From contig NC_082715.1 of assembly GCF_030144855.1 (NCBI RefSeq), forward strand, positions 145,018,001 to 145,082,000: 64,000 bases of DNA, read 5' to 3'. A program made the position numbers and the translations under genes. Under the pieces are notes generated by a model. That model was not told the DNA's origin. It saw only the letters and a program-made list of their open reading frames with translations, and made no database searches. This document shows positions 39,969-54,119 of the stretch, piece after piece; positions within the stretch are counted from its first letter, which is position 1; each line of letters opens with the position of its first letter. The stretch comes from Hypanus sabinus. Its lineage: Eukaryota.

Positions 39969-40679
39969 TGGAGAAACTTCCGCTGAATATCGGAAACTTG
40001 TTTAATCGATTTTCGAAGTATCGTGTTGCACTATGGCACTCCCTTCGTTCCCGCCACCCTGAGTGAAACGCTAAACAGTTGCATTGTCTGTCCACCATCA
40101 CTAGCATTTCAGCTCATCCGTGCAGCCAACACATTAAATGCACTGTGGCAATTAATCATCAAGGCGTCTTACATTGAAGTTATAAGCGTATAACATGTAA
40201 CACGGGAAAGCGTTTAACCGAACAGTATAACACGATATTGTGTGGATTATACTGATGATACTTTCCACTTCAGAGACGAGGGTGCAGCATAGCAGAAACA
40301 TGAGGATGAATCTCCGAGTTATATTTGGTAAGTAACAAGTGGATACGCCTCAGAGACTCTACTGAAATTCCTTCTCAGCTTTCCTTATAACATTTCTGTA
40401 TTCTCGCAATAATCAATTCGTTGTAAACTAGTCTTTCTGTTCGCCTGTTGTCCATTAATCGCTTCGTATTTCTGGTCAGATACAGCAATTCTCCCCTGAG
40501 CTATTCCCGCCCATGGCAACCTCAAGCCCACAGTACTTCAGTCGCTTCTTCCCATTTTGTTACACTGTTGGTTCATGCGTCCTCTATGCATTTGTATGTG
40601 GGGGGGGGGTGTAGTTTAGGGCTGTGTGGAAATGAGCAAATGTCAGTGACAGTGAACCTGTGAATCGGTCATAAGTTGG

Positions 40680-41301
40680 TAAATTTTCAAATTGCTTAAC
40701 TGTTGTGTCATGTACCTAGGTGCAGAGAACAAACTGTTTTGCAGGTCATTCATGCAGATCAGTTCATCAGTGCATTGAGATAGCACAAGCGAGCAGAATA
40801 AAGTGTTACAGTTACAGAGAAAGTGCAGTACAGGTAGGCAGTAAGGTGTAAGGGCATAACGACGTAGATTGTCAGGCCAAGAGTCTATCTGATCACAGTA
40901 GGGAAACATTCAGTGATCACATAACACCAAGACAGACGCTGTATTTGAGCCTGGTGGTATGTGCCTTTAAGGGCTTTGGATCTTCTGCCTGATCGGATGG
41001 GGGAGGAGAGAGAATGTCCGTGATGGTTGACGTCTTTGCCTATATTGACTGCGTTGCCGAGGCAGCGACAGTGTATACAGAATCCATGGAGGGGAGTTGG
41101 CTTCCGTGATTTCAATTATCAGCAGAGCAGACACCATACCCAGCCGTGATGCATCCAGACACAATTCATCGATAAAAATTGTTGAGAGTCAAAGAGAGAG
41201 CGCCAGTGAGCGCTCTTTGCCGTGACATCTACGTGGTTGGACCAGGATAGGTTGTTGGTGACGTCCACTCCACTGAACTTGAAATTGTCAACGCTCCCAA
41301 T
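40680..41301 (-). mobile_element. Rex1/Babar remnant fused directly to the cluster 3 V
   Basis: Paralog of 22870-23536 (ORF 40885-41115). Confidence 0.7.
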
Positions 41302-41621
41302 CTCAGTCTCCGTCCGTGTCAGCGACTCCGGGTAGAACCGTGAAAATCACTTGTACCATGTCAGGGGGCAGCATCGACAGCTACTGCACGAGCTGGTTCA
41401 TGCAGAAACCCGGCGGCGCCCCTGCTTTTGTGTTGCATGGAAGCTCCACAACAGGATCGTGAATTCCAGATCGATTCACTGGTGACGTAGACTTATCGTG
41501 CAACCAAATACATTTATCACCAACGTGCAATGGGAGGACGCCTTCGATTATTACTGTGGTGATGGGGATGTTAGCACGGACATATTCACCTTTCGGAGAG
41601 GAACCAAACTGAATTTCAACT
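41302..41621 (+). pseudogene. IGL: Germline-joined VJ pseudo-exon, cluster 3
   Basis: Promoter, leader and first codons deleted; TGA at 41460-41462; 4-nt frameshift near 41515; J motif FRRG; GTAAGT donor retained at 41622. Confidence 0.93.
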
Positions 41622-42663
41622 GTAAGTAAATATTTGTTGCGGTCTAATCACCTTTTGATTTTGTTTGTTTTTTTATTCGTTTGAACCTTGGAATAATATT
41701 ATCAATCCTGATGCTTCGACCCGGCTTACAGGACGCTTCTCATTGTAACTTTACAATATGGCAGGCAGAAATCTAGCGCGTATGCATCCTGTTTGTTTGG
41801 TAGGGTTACTAAATTTAGCTGAAAACTATCTTCAAAACAACTTCAGTTCATTGCCATAACATTTTTAAAATAGCTTCGTGAATAGTTGCTTCGTGCTGTT
41901 AGCAAGTGTTTCTTAAAAGTTTCCCAGGGAACAGATGCATTAAAATATATTCCCAACAGTTAGGACTTACACTAGACAACCGAAGTGAGGTCGTGTTTAG
42001 TTAAAGGATCTGAATGCCAAACGTCGGGAATATATTTTGTTATTTTAAAAATATATAAATTGCTGCTAATTTTACTTTACTTTGTGTGCATTATGTTGTG
42101 CACCTTGGTCTCCTAAAACGTTGTTACGTTTGACCGTATCCATGTATTCAGTTGACGGACAATAAAATTTGTCCTGAACCGGAAGCTTAATATGGACAAG
42201 AGCCGAGCTCTGCATGTTGCCGAATTGCAATAGGGAACTTCTATTTCCTTCAGGCGGTAAAACAGAGGAACAGAATTAGGGAATACGACCCCACGAGTCT
42301 GCTCCATCGTTTGATCGTCGCTGGCATATTTTCTCCCAAGCTCATTCTCCTGACTTCTCCCCATAACCTTTGATGCCGTTTGCTAATCAAGAGACTATAA
42401 AACTCCGTTTTATATATACCCAAAGACTTGGTATATCCACAGCTTCCTGTCTATCTACAGATTCACCACTTTACGGATGAATCAAATCCTCCCTATCTCT
42501 GTTCTAAAGGGCTGTCCGTATATTCAAAGGATTTTCTTTCGGGTCTGGCCTCTCGGAATGTAGGGAGCATCCTCCCACTTGCACTCAATCTAGCTCTTTC
42601 CGTATTCGATAGGGATCTAAGGGGGGGGGAGTTAATTTTTCACTATTCTAATATTCTCTTCAT

Positions 42664-42980
42664 NNNNNNNNNNNNNNNNNNNNNNNNNNNNNNNNNNNNN
42701 NNNNNNNNNNNNNNNNNNNNNNNNNNNNNNNNNNNNNNNNNNNNNNNNNNNNNNNNNNNNNNNNNNNNNNNNNNNNNNNNNNNNNNNNNNNNNNNNNNNN
42801 NNNNNNNNNNNNNNNNNNNNNNNNNNNNNNNNNNNNNNNNNNNNNNNNNNNNNNNNNNNNNNNNNNNNNNNNNNNNNNNNNNNNNNNNNNNNNNNNNNNN
42901 NNNNNNNNNNNNNNNNNNNNNNNNNNNNNNNNNNNNNNNNNNNNNNNNNNNNNNNNNNNNNNNNNNNNNNNNNNNNNNNN
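42664..42980. other. Assembly gap (317 N) inside an unresolved insertion in the cluster 3 intron
   Basis: N run; the flanks are contiguous in clusters 1 and 2. Confidence 0.99.
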
Positions 42981-43009
42981 AATGAGACTTCATCCTCTAC
43001 CTCTACGCA

Positions 43010-44060
43010 CCCCCCCCCCCCGCCCCAATCATTCTTCTGAAATCCAGCGTGCACAAGCCCAGAGCCATCAAATGCTCCGTATACTTTAACTCTTTCATTG
43101 TCGGCATCTTTCCTGTAAGCCTGCTTTTGTCAGCACATCCTTCCTTTGATATGTAGTCCAGAACTGCTCACTATACTCTAGATCTGCTATGGCTATTGCC
43201 TTTTAAAACCTTAGCATTACATCCTTTCTTTTATATTCTACTCATCTCGAAATGAATACTAACTTTGCTTTTGCCTGCAAGTTAACATTTTGGGAATCCT
43301 GCAGGATGACTTCCGAGTCTCCTTGCACCTCCGATTTCTGAATTCGGTCTCCGTTTAGGAGAAGACTGTACCTTTATTCCTTCTACCATAGACCACGGCA
43401 GTTCAATTTGCTACACTGTACTCCTGTCACTTCTTTGCCCATTCATCTGATCCGTCAGGATCATTCTGCGGACTCCTACTGCCTCAACACTGCCTACTCC
43501 TCCACCTGTCTTTGCATCATCCGCAAACGTGTCCACAAATCCGTAAATCCCGTCGTTCAGATCATTAACTTCCAGCCTGAAACGTAGCAGACTCAACACC
43601 GATCCTTGCAGAACACCACTAGTTACCGGTAGCCAACCAGAACAGATTATCCTCATGCTTTTCTCCTGCCGGTCAGCAAATGCTCCGTCTATGCCTGTGA
43701 TAGCTTATGCTCTTCTCGTGTTAAGCAGCCTGATGTGTCACACTTTGTCAATGGTCTTCTGAAAATCCAAGTCAATAACATCCGCTGATTCGTATTTGTA
43801 TATCCTGCCTGGTATTTTCTCAAGGAATCTCAGCAGATTTAATAACTAAATTTCCCCTTAAGGGAACCATGCTGATCACGGCTTATTTTATCGGATGCCA
43901 CCAAGTACCTAGAAATTTCCTCCTTACTAATGGATTCTAGCAATCTCAATGTGTTTAAATTTCGATTAAACATCGATATGTTTACTAAGAAACTGATTGA
44001 CGTCAGACTAACTGTCCCATAAGTTCCTGCACTTTGCGTCCCTCTCTTCTGAGAGTGTGG
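43010..44060 (-). mobile_element. CR1 remnant in the cluster 3 intron
   Basis: ORF 43411-43656; paralog of 6295-7260. Confidence 0.8.
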
Positions 44061-45635
44061 AGTAATATTTGTGATTTTCTTGTCCAGCGGACCCATTGGC
44101 CTATTCTTGAAAGATCGTTACTAAGCCTCTCTAATCTATCCAGTTACCGCCTTCAGAATTCTGGAGTGTAGTCTATCTAGTTTGTCGACTTATCTAACTT
44201 CAGATCTTTCAGCCTCCCAAGCTCCTTCTCCCTCGTCATAGCAACTACTATCACTTAGGTGTAATTTCCCTTAATGCCTAATTTCGAGTTTTGTTTTCTC
44301 AACTAGATCTTTTCACGTGACTTGCGCTCCTCTTGTTCTATACCTATTAACCGGAAGTAATCAAGATTCTGGTGCTCCGTTCTAACTTCTACCCAATTTG
44401 CCTTCAGCAAGACGCCACCCCAGAGCCCACCTCGGCCTCACCAGTGTGTTTGAACTTCTGCGCCGTCTCCGTATAAATGTCTCAGCTTTGATAACAAATT
44501 ATCACTCAGCCCACCTGTTTGGTTTACATTTCAAACTCTCCAAACCCGCAGGCCACTGGGTATCTAATTTTTGGATACCTGCTCATTACTGTAGTAAGTG
44601 ATTTTTCCTTGAATAACAACTCTGAGGTCTGAAACACTGGAAAATCGCTCCTTAGCATTTCTGACTTTCCGCCGCGTTTTCCTCCGAGATACTACCGTAA
44701 AACGATTTCTTTGTAAATTTTGTTCTGTAATCTTGATATCTTGTTGTGTGAATGGGTTCAACTTTTCAAATCATTGAAAAAAAATCATTATGAATACATT
44801 GACTCAGATGTCCACATCTTCTGGATTTCATAGAACTCTGAGAGTTGTTAACGGGTTTTCCTTCAGTGTGTATCACCCCGGTCCAAACAACCCTTTCGGA
44901 ATTAATTGTGAGACTAAAAACTAAAAAATCCAAGTAGAAAACTTTCACTGGTATTATTTATTCCCATTACAATATTTCCATGATTTTTAGCCAATCACAT
45001 TCCCTCCTTTACTGCGGCGAATCGCGGCATCTCCGAGGAGAGACAAAGGCACAGCATGTCAATCAAATCCACCGCCATCTCTCTTGCTTTTTACGTGAAT
45101 AGCTGCGACGACATTTCGGAGTTTTGCCACGCGCTTTGCCGTATCTCTTTCGGGGTTTCTTATTGGTTCTATAATTAAAGTCTTTACGATTTTACACCAT
45201 GGACCATGGCAATAATCTGTCACGATGTTAACTATATATAGTTACATCAGATTGGATCGGTGTACCATGGGATATATAAAGTATATCTTACGTATATTAG
45301 AGAGTATTTCACGAATAGAGGTTTCTGTCAGCGAAGCCTCTCCAGTCGGATTTTCTTTTGCCATTCCATCGAAATTTGTTATTTTATTGCTTTGAATTTT
45401 GCTATTATGAAAAACCCTCTTTTTTTCTTTACTTTGTAGCCATTTCTAGTGTTCATGATATATATTGCCTTTGATGCGTTTGTGGAAGATCAAAACACAT
45501 TAATGAGATTCAGTTGTGCCCGGGTTCTCATGCGTTCTGACCTTTATGGTTGACAAATCGTTGAAAAAAGACAAAGTTTGATTCTAATTTATATCAATTA
45601 CTAACTCATTTCACTGCACTTCTTTCTATTTACAG

Positions 45636-45958
45636 ATCCGCGAAAACCCGCCGTATCCGTCCACCGACCGTCTGCGGAAGAAATTCTGGGAGAGGGCACC
45701 ACCACACTGGCGTGTTTAGTGAGCGGGTTTAATCTGGCCGCTGTGAATATCGAGTGGACTGGGGACGGCAGTGCGAGAAGGAATGGCGTTGAGACCAGCC
45801 GGATCCAGCAGGACGCCGAAAACACGTTCAGTGCGAGCAGTTACCTGACTCTGCCAGCCTCAGACTGGATCTCACACGAGCGTTACTCCTGCGTGGATAA
45901 ACATGAGACTCAGGCAACCCCATATCAAACAAAAATCGAGTGATCCAGCTGTCTGTAA
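45636..45958 (+). pseudogene. IGL: Ig lambda constant pseudo-exon, cluster 3
   Basis: 323 nt; CGA>TGA at 45941-45943 removes the terminal SSCL including the inter-chain Cys; many missense changes (NP>NL, TVD>TGD, VVK>VDK). Confidence 0.92.
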
Positions 45959-45987
45959 TACAACATGTTTAGAGGCTGTTTCTTTAA

Positions 45988-45993
45988 AATAAA
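45988..45993 (+). terminator. Polyadenylation signal remnant, cluster 3
   Basis: AATAAA at the homologous position. Confidence 0.6.
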
Positions 45994-48481
45994 ACAAACG
46001 AACTTCAGCTACAGATGTTAAATTTTCGATTGTCGCTGACACATTTTTCAACCGGGAGAAAACAGGCATTGCGTCCTGGTGGATGTTCTTAAACAGCATT
46101 CGTTCTGAAATTCATATCGTCCATGTAATTTTATCCCGAAGTAATTAAAATCTATGCGATCTCCTGTGGCGTTTTTGCCTTGATCAATATTACCGACAAG
46201 AGCATCATTTTTCAAACGTTTGCGTAGAAAGCGAACGTGATCAAACTTTGGCAATCCATGAAATAAAATAGACAAAATAGACATTGTGCTAGTTTTTGGG
46301 TATATTTTCTTCCTGAAGAAATCATATTCACTATGGCTACATCAGAACAAGTGGTGTAATTACTTGTCAGCGAAATTTACATACATAATAAAAGAAATCC
46401 TGATACCGCCTTTATTTGAACATCGGGCGTATATTCAATTTCCAATTTTAGCATTGTATTCTTCATGGAAATGGTTTTACTACAGCTGGTCATATTCAGG
46501 GAGACAAGGGCTTCTGTACCCTGTGTCAGCAGCGGCGCCGAGCAGAGTAGCACTTAATAAAGTGCATACTAATAACAAATTTGCCCAAGTATCCTTCAAA
46601 ACTTCAGGTTTCCTTCGAGGTGATTTGGGCTTACGATCCCTAACAAACATTGCAAATGGTAGTCCAAAGCATTTCTAGTAAATACAGTTAGACGGTGGTT
46701 GATTATCGAAAGCTATTTCGGGATTCAAAACAGTGAAGCACTGAAGATATCGCACCGACATTTGTACATTAGTTTGTAGAATATATATGATGATAGCTTT
46801 CTGTGTGTAATGTAGAACACCGTGGCCATAGTACAGAGTTCGAGAGAACGGTATCGTAAAAATAAGATCAATATGTCCACTAAATAAAGAAAACATCATT
46901 TTCAGGCGAATGAGAATACGAATTGTACTCACGTCTTTCTAATTGGTTATACAAGTTGTTTTATCCCGATAAGAAAAGAATAGCAAGAGCAAGTTTGCGA
47001 CTAATCATTGAAATTCATACATGGGTTATTGAATCTGGGACATTAATATCACGTGGTCCTCATCAGTCACTCTGGTTTGAGGCCGTTGGACTTGCCTTCT
47101 CTGAATATGGAATGCCTAAGGAGTTCCCTGTCACTTTGCAGCAGCACAGACCAACCATTACTCTGATCGGGACATTTTTACGCGGGCTGTAAACTGCGCA
47201 GTACTTTAAAATCACATTATATAAAAGTAAATTCCAGTTTTGCACCATAAAGTCTGTGTCCGCGGGGACATTCCAGTTCCTGCGCGGCAGATGCACGGTT
47301 GTACTTGGTGCGGCAGAGCATTCAGTGTTGTGATAGGACGATAAAATGACCAGAACTGCGCTGGGATATTTTGGCAAAGAGCGTGGCTCACTTCAAACTA
47401 TTAAAGTTTGGAAGCATTCATCAAACATTTCTGATTCTTTTCTGGCATTCAGACACATTTAAAATCCGTAAAATGGGAGATTTGTCAAAGGCCATAGCTC
47501 ACTCACTTTTTCTGACATTGAGATACGTTTAAAATCTTAAAATATATTTAATGATTATTAAATCAAATAGTAATTAAATACCTAAACGATTTGTAACGAA
47601 AGTACACACGCATGGATAAAATGTAATGCATCCGCCGCTTCCTCCTTTTCGAACATCTTCACAATCCGCTTTGAGGCAAATTACCTCTGGAATTTCTGCG
47701 TCTGATCCGAATGCAAAGTGAAAGAGTGCAGTAAGTTCCACCCCATTGCTGAATACTTGGAGAGTCGGGAAGTGGAAGTGGAAGAATGTAGATGGAGATT
47801 GGGCAGATGGATTGAATTCTGCCAGTAACAATATCGAAAAATGTTGGTATTTGTATGTAAATATAACAGCCGATCCAAAAAAATGTTGCGGTTCGACAAC
47901 AGGGATGTTTTTATTAACAATACATTCCAAGCTGTGGATCAGCTCACAGATTGAGCTGCCCGCATAACGGAAAGGTGGTGTATTCAGAGAAATATTTGAA
48001 TGATCGCGGTTAGTATTATTGAAAAGAGTACACAGAAACGTTAACCAGAGCACAGGCCTTTGGACCACGATGTTGTACCCAACTTTTAGTCTAATCCAAG
48101 ATCAATCTAACCATTCCCTTCCACTGAGCCCTCCATTTTTCTTTCATCCATTGGCCTAAGAGTTTCTTAAATGTCCCTGATATATATTTGCCTCTACCTT
48201 CGCACTGGCAGGGCATTCCACGAACATACCACTCTGTGTAGAGAATATACCTCTGACATCCTCCATATGTTCGTCCAATCACTTTAAAAGTCTGCCCTCT
48301 CGAATATACCACTGCCACCCTAGGCAAAAGGCACTGGTTATCCTTTCTATCTACTCTTCTTATCTTATGCATTCCTGTCAGGTCGTCTTTCAACTGTCTT
48401 TATTCCAAAGCGAAAAGCTCTAGCTGGCTCAACCTATCCTGATAAGACATGTTCTCTAACCCGAGCGGCATCATGGTAAAT

Positions 48482-51260
48482 AGACAATAGACAAGAGGTG
48501 CAGAAGTAGACCATTCGGCCCCTCGAGCCTGCACCGCCATTTTGAGATCATGGCTGATCAATTACCATCAATACCCGGTTCCTGCCTTGTCCCCATATCC
48601 CTTGAATCCCCTCTCCATAAGATACCTATGTAGCTCCTTCTTGAAAGCATCCAGAGAATTGGGCTCCACTACCTTCTGAGGCAGTGCATTCCAGACCCCC
48701 ACAACTCTCTGGGAGAAGAAGTTTTTCCTTAACTCTGTCCTAAATGACCTACCCCTTATTCTCAAACCATGCCCTCTGGTACTGGACTCTCCCAGCATCT
48801 GGAACATATTTCCTGCCTCTATCTTGTCCAATCCCTTAATAATCTCATATGTTTCAATCAGATCCCTTCTCAATCTCCTTAATTCCAGCGTGTACAAGCC
48901 CAGTCTCTCTAACCTCTCGGCGTAAGACAGTCCAGACATCCCAGGAATTAACCTTGTGAATCTGCGCTGCACTTCCTCTACAGCCAGGATATCCTTCCTT
49001 AACCCTGGAAACCAAAACTGTACACAATACTCCAGGTGTGGTCTCACCAGGGCTCTGTACAAATGCAAGAGGATTTATTTGCTCTTGTACTCAATTCCCT
49101 TTGTAATAAAGGCCAACATTCCATGAGCCTTCTTCACAGCCTGCTGCACTTGCTCATTCACCTTCAGTGACTGATGAACAAGGACTCCGAGGTCTCTTTG
49201 TATTTCTCCTACCCAACCCTACACCATTCAGATAATAATCTGCCTTCCTGTTCTTACTCCCAAAGTGGATAACCTCACACTTATTCACATTAAACGCCAT
49301 CCGCCAAATATCTGCCCATTCTCCCAGCCTATCCAAGTCACCCTGAATTCTCCTAACATCCTCATCACATGTCACACTGCCACCCAGCTTAGTATCATCA
49401 GCAAATTTGCTGATGTTATTCTCAATGCCTTCATCCAAATCGTTGACGTAAATTGTAAACAGCTGTGGTCCTAATACCGAGCCCTGTGGCACCCCAATAG
49501 TCACCACCTGCCATTCCGAGAAACACCCATTCACTGCTACCCTTTGCTTTCTATCTGCCAACCAGTTTTCTATCCATGTCAATGTCTTCCCCCCCAATGC
49601 CCTGAGCTTTGATTTTACCCACCAATCTCCTATGTGGGAACTTATCAAATGCCTTCTGAAAATCGAGGTACACTACATCCACTGGATCTCCCCCGACTAA
49701 CTTCCTGGTTACATCCTCGAAAAACTCTAACAGATTAGTCAAGCATGATTTACCCTTGGTATATCCATGCTGGCTCGGCCAAATCCTATCACTGTTATCT
49801 AGATATGCCACTATTTCATCCTTAATAATGGACTCTAGCATCTTTCCCACCACCGATCTCAGTCTGACAGGTCGATAGTTCTCCGATTACTCCCTCCTTC
49901 CTTTCTTAAAAAGTGGGATAACTTTAGCCATTCTCCAATCTTCAGGAACTGATCCTGAATCTAAGGGACATTGGAAAATTAATACCAATGCATCCGCAAT
50001 TTCCAGGGCCACCTCCATTAGTAACCTAGGGTGCAGACCATCTGGACCTGGGGATTTGTCAGCCTTCAGTCCCATCAGTCTGCTCATCACTGTTTCCTTC
50101 CTAATGTCAATCTGTTTCATTTCCTCTGTTACCCTATGTCCTTGGCCCATCCATACATGTGGGAGATTGCTTGTGTCTTCCTTAGTGAAAACAGATCTGA
50201 AGTACTCATTAAATTCTTCTGCCATTTCTCTGTTTCCCATAACAATTTCACCCAATTCATTCTTCAAGGGCCCAACATTGTTCTTAACTATCTTCTTTCT
50301 CTTCACATACCTAAAAAAGCTTTTGCTATCTTCCTTTATATTCCTGGATAGCTTGCGCTCGTACCTCATTTTTTCTCCCCGTATTGTCTTTTTAGTTAAG
50401 TTCTGTTGTTCCTTAAAAACTTCCCAATCATCTGTCCTCCCACTCACCTTAGCTCTGTCATATTTCCTTTTTTTAATGCTATGTAATCTCTGACTTCCTT
50501 TGTCAACCACTGTGGCCCCTTTCCCCCCTTTGAATCCTTCCTTCTCTGGGGGATGAACTGATTTTGCACCTTGTGCATTATTCCCAAGAATACCTGCCAT
50601 TGCTGTTCCACTGTCTTTTCTGCTAGGCTATCCGTCCAGTCAACCTTGGCCAACTCCTCCCTCATGGCTCCATAGTTTGCACTGTTCATCTGCAACACTG
50701 ACGCCTCCGATCTGCCCTTGTCCTTCTCAAATTGCAGATAAAAGCTTATCATATTATGATCACTACCTCCTAATGGCTGCTTTACTGCAAGATCGCTTAT
50801 CAAATCCTGCTCATTAAATAACACTAAATCCAGAATAGTCTTGTCCCTGGTCGGTTCTCGTACAAGCTGTTCCAGGAATGCATCCCGTAGGCACTCTACA
50901 AACTCCCTATCCTGTGGTCCAGCACCAACCTGATCCTCCCAGTTCACCTGCATCTTGAAATTCCCCCATAACTACTGTGAAATTACCTTTGCCACATGCC
51001 AATGTTAACTCCCGATTCAACTTCCACCCAATATTCATGCTACTGGTTGGTGTCCTGTAGACAAAAACCATTTGGGTCCTTTTGCCCTTACTGTTCCTCA
51101 GTTCTATCCACACAGACTCTACTTGCCCTGACCCTATGTCCCCCTTTGCAAAGGACTGAATCTCATTTCTCACGAACAGGGCCACCCCACCCCCTCTGAC
51201 CACATTTCTGTCCCTACGATAGCACGTATACCCTTCTACATTCCTCTTGTACCCTTGTAT
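48482..51260 (-). mobile_element. Younger 5'-truncated CR1 (partial EN plus RT plus 3' tail), unit-specific
   Basis: Chain of long ORFs 48568-51326 ([31 protein letters not shown]); TAGACAA tail; empty site near 29487. Confidence 0.92.
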
Positions 51261-53700
51261 ATCTCCTCTAATCCCTCGCTGCAGCTTCCACGTCCTTCCT
51301 ATTCCGACCAGAATCAAACACAACAATGTCAGTGTAGTCTAAACAGAATGTTATGGAAATACAACATTAGCCGGCGGCCCTTGAACTCGATCCCTCGACT
51401 AATGCAGGCTAAATGCCTTCTAAATAACCTTATTGACGAGCGGCAATTTCCGAGAGATCTATGCGAGTGGACCCCAGGATCCCTTTCTCCTCTACACCAC
51501 TAAGAATCTTCCCCTTAACCTCATATTCTGTCTTTGATTTCGCTCTTCCAAAGTCCATTATTTCACATTCTTCCGCATTGAAAACCATCTGATACATAAC
51601 AACCCAGCTACGCATCCCATCAACGATCCCGTTGGAAACTACGACAATCTTATCCACAGCATCAACAGACTTGTGTCAACTATCCCCTTGCCCTGTACAT
51701 AGACCATACCTCTCCGTACCGCTCCCATCCATATTCTCATACTATTTAGTACTTATTTTAAATATTGAACTTATACCGCATGCTCTACTTCCACTGGCAA
51801 CTCGTTCCACACTCTGAGATGAAGTTCGTCTTCATGTTCGCCCTAAATATTTCACCTTTCACCCTCAGCCCATGACCTTTAATTCTTGTCTCATCCAACC
51901 CTGGTGTGAAAAGTCTGCTTACATTTACACTATCTATTCTCCACATCATTTTGCATATCTCTATCCAATCTCCCCTCATTCTCCTATGCTCCAAGGAAGA
52001 AATCGCTAACCTCTTCAAACTTTCCACACAAGATACGTCTTATACACCGTTCTACTTTTATCAACTTCTTTAGTCACTTTCTCGAAAAAGTCAATCAGAT
52101 TTGTGAGAAATGAACTGCCCTCCAGATAGTTTTACTCTATGTAATCAGACTATTCTTCTCCAAATGCTCAAAACTTCTGCCTTGAAGAATCACTTCCAAA
52201 GTTTGGCCACCACTGACATGCAGCTCTGGTCTATAATTCCCAGGATTATCCCTGTCTCTCGGTTTCTTTTTGCACTAACTTACTTTCCCTTTTCTATTTT
52301 ATAATTATGACTGATAATTTAATTTTTTTATTATATTTACTTCGATTTGTACTCCAGGGAGCGCGAAGTGCAAAGTCAAATATCACTGTGATGATTGTAT
52401 GCTCTAGTATTAATTGCTTGGTGACAATAAAGTAAGAAAATAAGTAAGTACGTAATCCCTTTCTTCAACAAAGTAATAACATTTGAGACCCTCCAGTCTT
52501 CTGCTACTCCTCCTGTGTCCAATGAGGGCGCAAAGTTTATCACCAAGAGGGAACATTCTCTGCCTTCGCTTCCCGTAGTAACCAGGGTATACCCCATTCG
52601 GCCTCGGGGCCTTTTGTCTTTTACTCAAAAGTTCGACAATATCCTATTTCTTAACGTTTAATGCTGTTTTACGCTGTCCACACACAAGTCACGGTCCCAC
52701 TCAGAGGTGAATACTGAAGACAACTATTCATTAAGGAACTCCCTTACCTCCTCTGACACCAGGCACATGGTTCCTCTTCTTTTACTCACTCTAGTCATCC
52801 TTCTGTTCTTCACCTAAGTGTAGAACGTCTTGGGGATTTCCTTAATCATACTCGCCAAGCTCTTCGCATTACCCCTTCTAGCTGTCATAAGTTCATTAGT
52901 CAGCTCCTTCCTGGCTGCTTCGTAACCCTCAAAAGTTCTGTCTGATATTTCCTTCAAAACTTTTTATTGAACTTCTTCTTTCCTCTTGGTGGGATGCTTC
53001 ACATCTCTTGTCAACCATTCTTCCTTCTCCCTAACATCCATGTTCAACTGGGAGAACACTACCCCGAAACCCATTAGTGTTCGCTTCACAACTTCAACAT
53101 TTCCTTGTTCATTTCCCTGATAAAACTAATTCCCAATTTCTACTCACAAGCTCGTGTATTGTAGCATCATAATTTCTTCTCCTTCAAAACAATCTGCTCT
53201 TGTCCCTCTCCAAGTGTATGGTAAATTAGGGAGTCGTGAATGTGATTAGGGAGGAGCAATCTGACATCTGGCCTGTTCCATTGGCTAGCACTCGTACCAG
53301 TAAGGCCTCTCTTCTAGTTAGCTTGTCCACATATTCAGGAATACTTCATTAACAGACCTAACAAACTCTGCCCTGTTTAAATCTTTTGCATGTAAGCTAA
53401 TGGAATCATTATTAGGTAAGTGCGTGTTTTAGCAGCTTTCCAAAATCGACCTGCCGACCTACTCCTCGATGTTCCTGTTGGTGGTGTGCGCTGTACAATA
53501 CTCCCATTAGATAGACTGCAACCCCGCTTATTTCTGAATTCCACCCACGGAGATTCAATAAAGGATCTCTCCACGACTTCCTCACTTTCTGTATCTGCGA
53601 TACTATCCCTGATTGGGAATACCACTCCTCTATCTCTATTACCTCCCTCCCTGACCCTTTTCGAGATATCTGAACGTGGGAACATTCAGCAGCTTTTCCT
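51261..53700 (-). mobile_element. Older CR1 mosaic (continues from 48040-48481)
   Basis: Paralogous to 29490-32350; ORFs 51430-52027 and 53377-53717. Confidence 0.75.
52254..52452 (+). mobile_element. About 200-bp retroelement 3' end (Rex1-like), unit-specific
   Basis: Ends GACAATAAAGTAAG...TAAGTAAG; absent at the paralogous site near 10668. Confidence 0.5.
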
Positions 53701-54119
53701 GCCTTTGTGACAACCATATTTTGGTTTATATTTTGGATCGGGAACGAGATCGTTTCCTACAAGAATAAAAAGACAAATACATGTTATCATCGAATTTTAC
53801 CTCATACCCTTCCAATGCAAATAATGTTCCACACTCCACTGGGAATCAGTTAGGAATTTTCTTCCCTCCCAACGTTCGCTCATGGTGACAAGAACTTCCA
53901 ATCTGACTGATAAATGTCCATGAAAAGTCACAGAGAAAAGAATAAAGAATAAATTATAAAAGGAGAAAGTCTTTCTTAACGAATAACCAAAATACAGAGG
54001 CGTCCAATCACCATGCCAATGGAACTGCAATGAAAGTTGATCACATGACAGAGTGCACAGGTGAGAGGTGGAATTAGTAGATGTTTTCAGAAGCTTACAG
54101 TTTTTTAAATCATAGAACC

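Noticed and set aside
42428-43054. Long ORFs spanning X residues
   Set aside because: Artefacts of the N gap.
51061-51069. ACAAAAACC RSS nonamer
   Set aside because: Lies inside a CR1 with no heptamer at 12 or 23 nt spacing.
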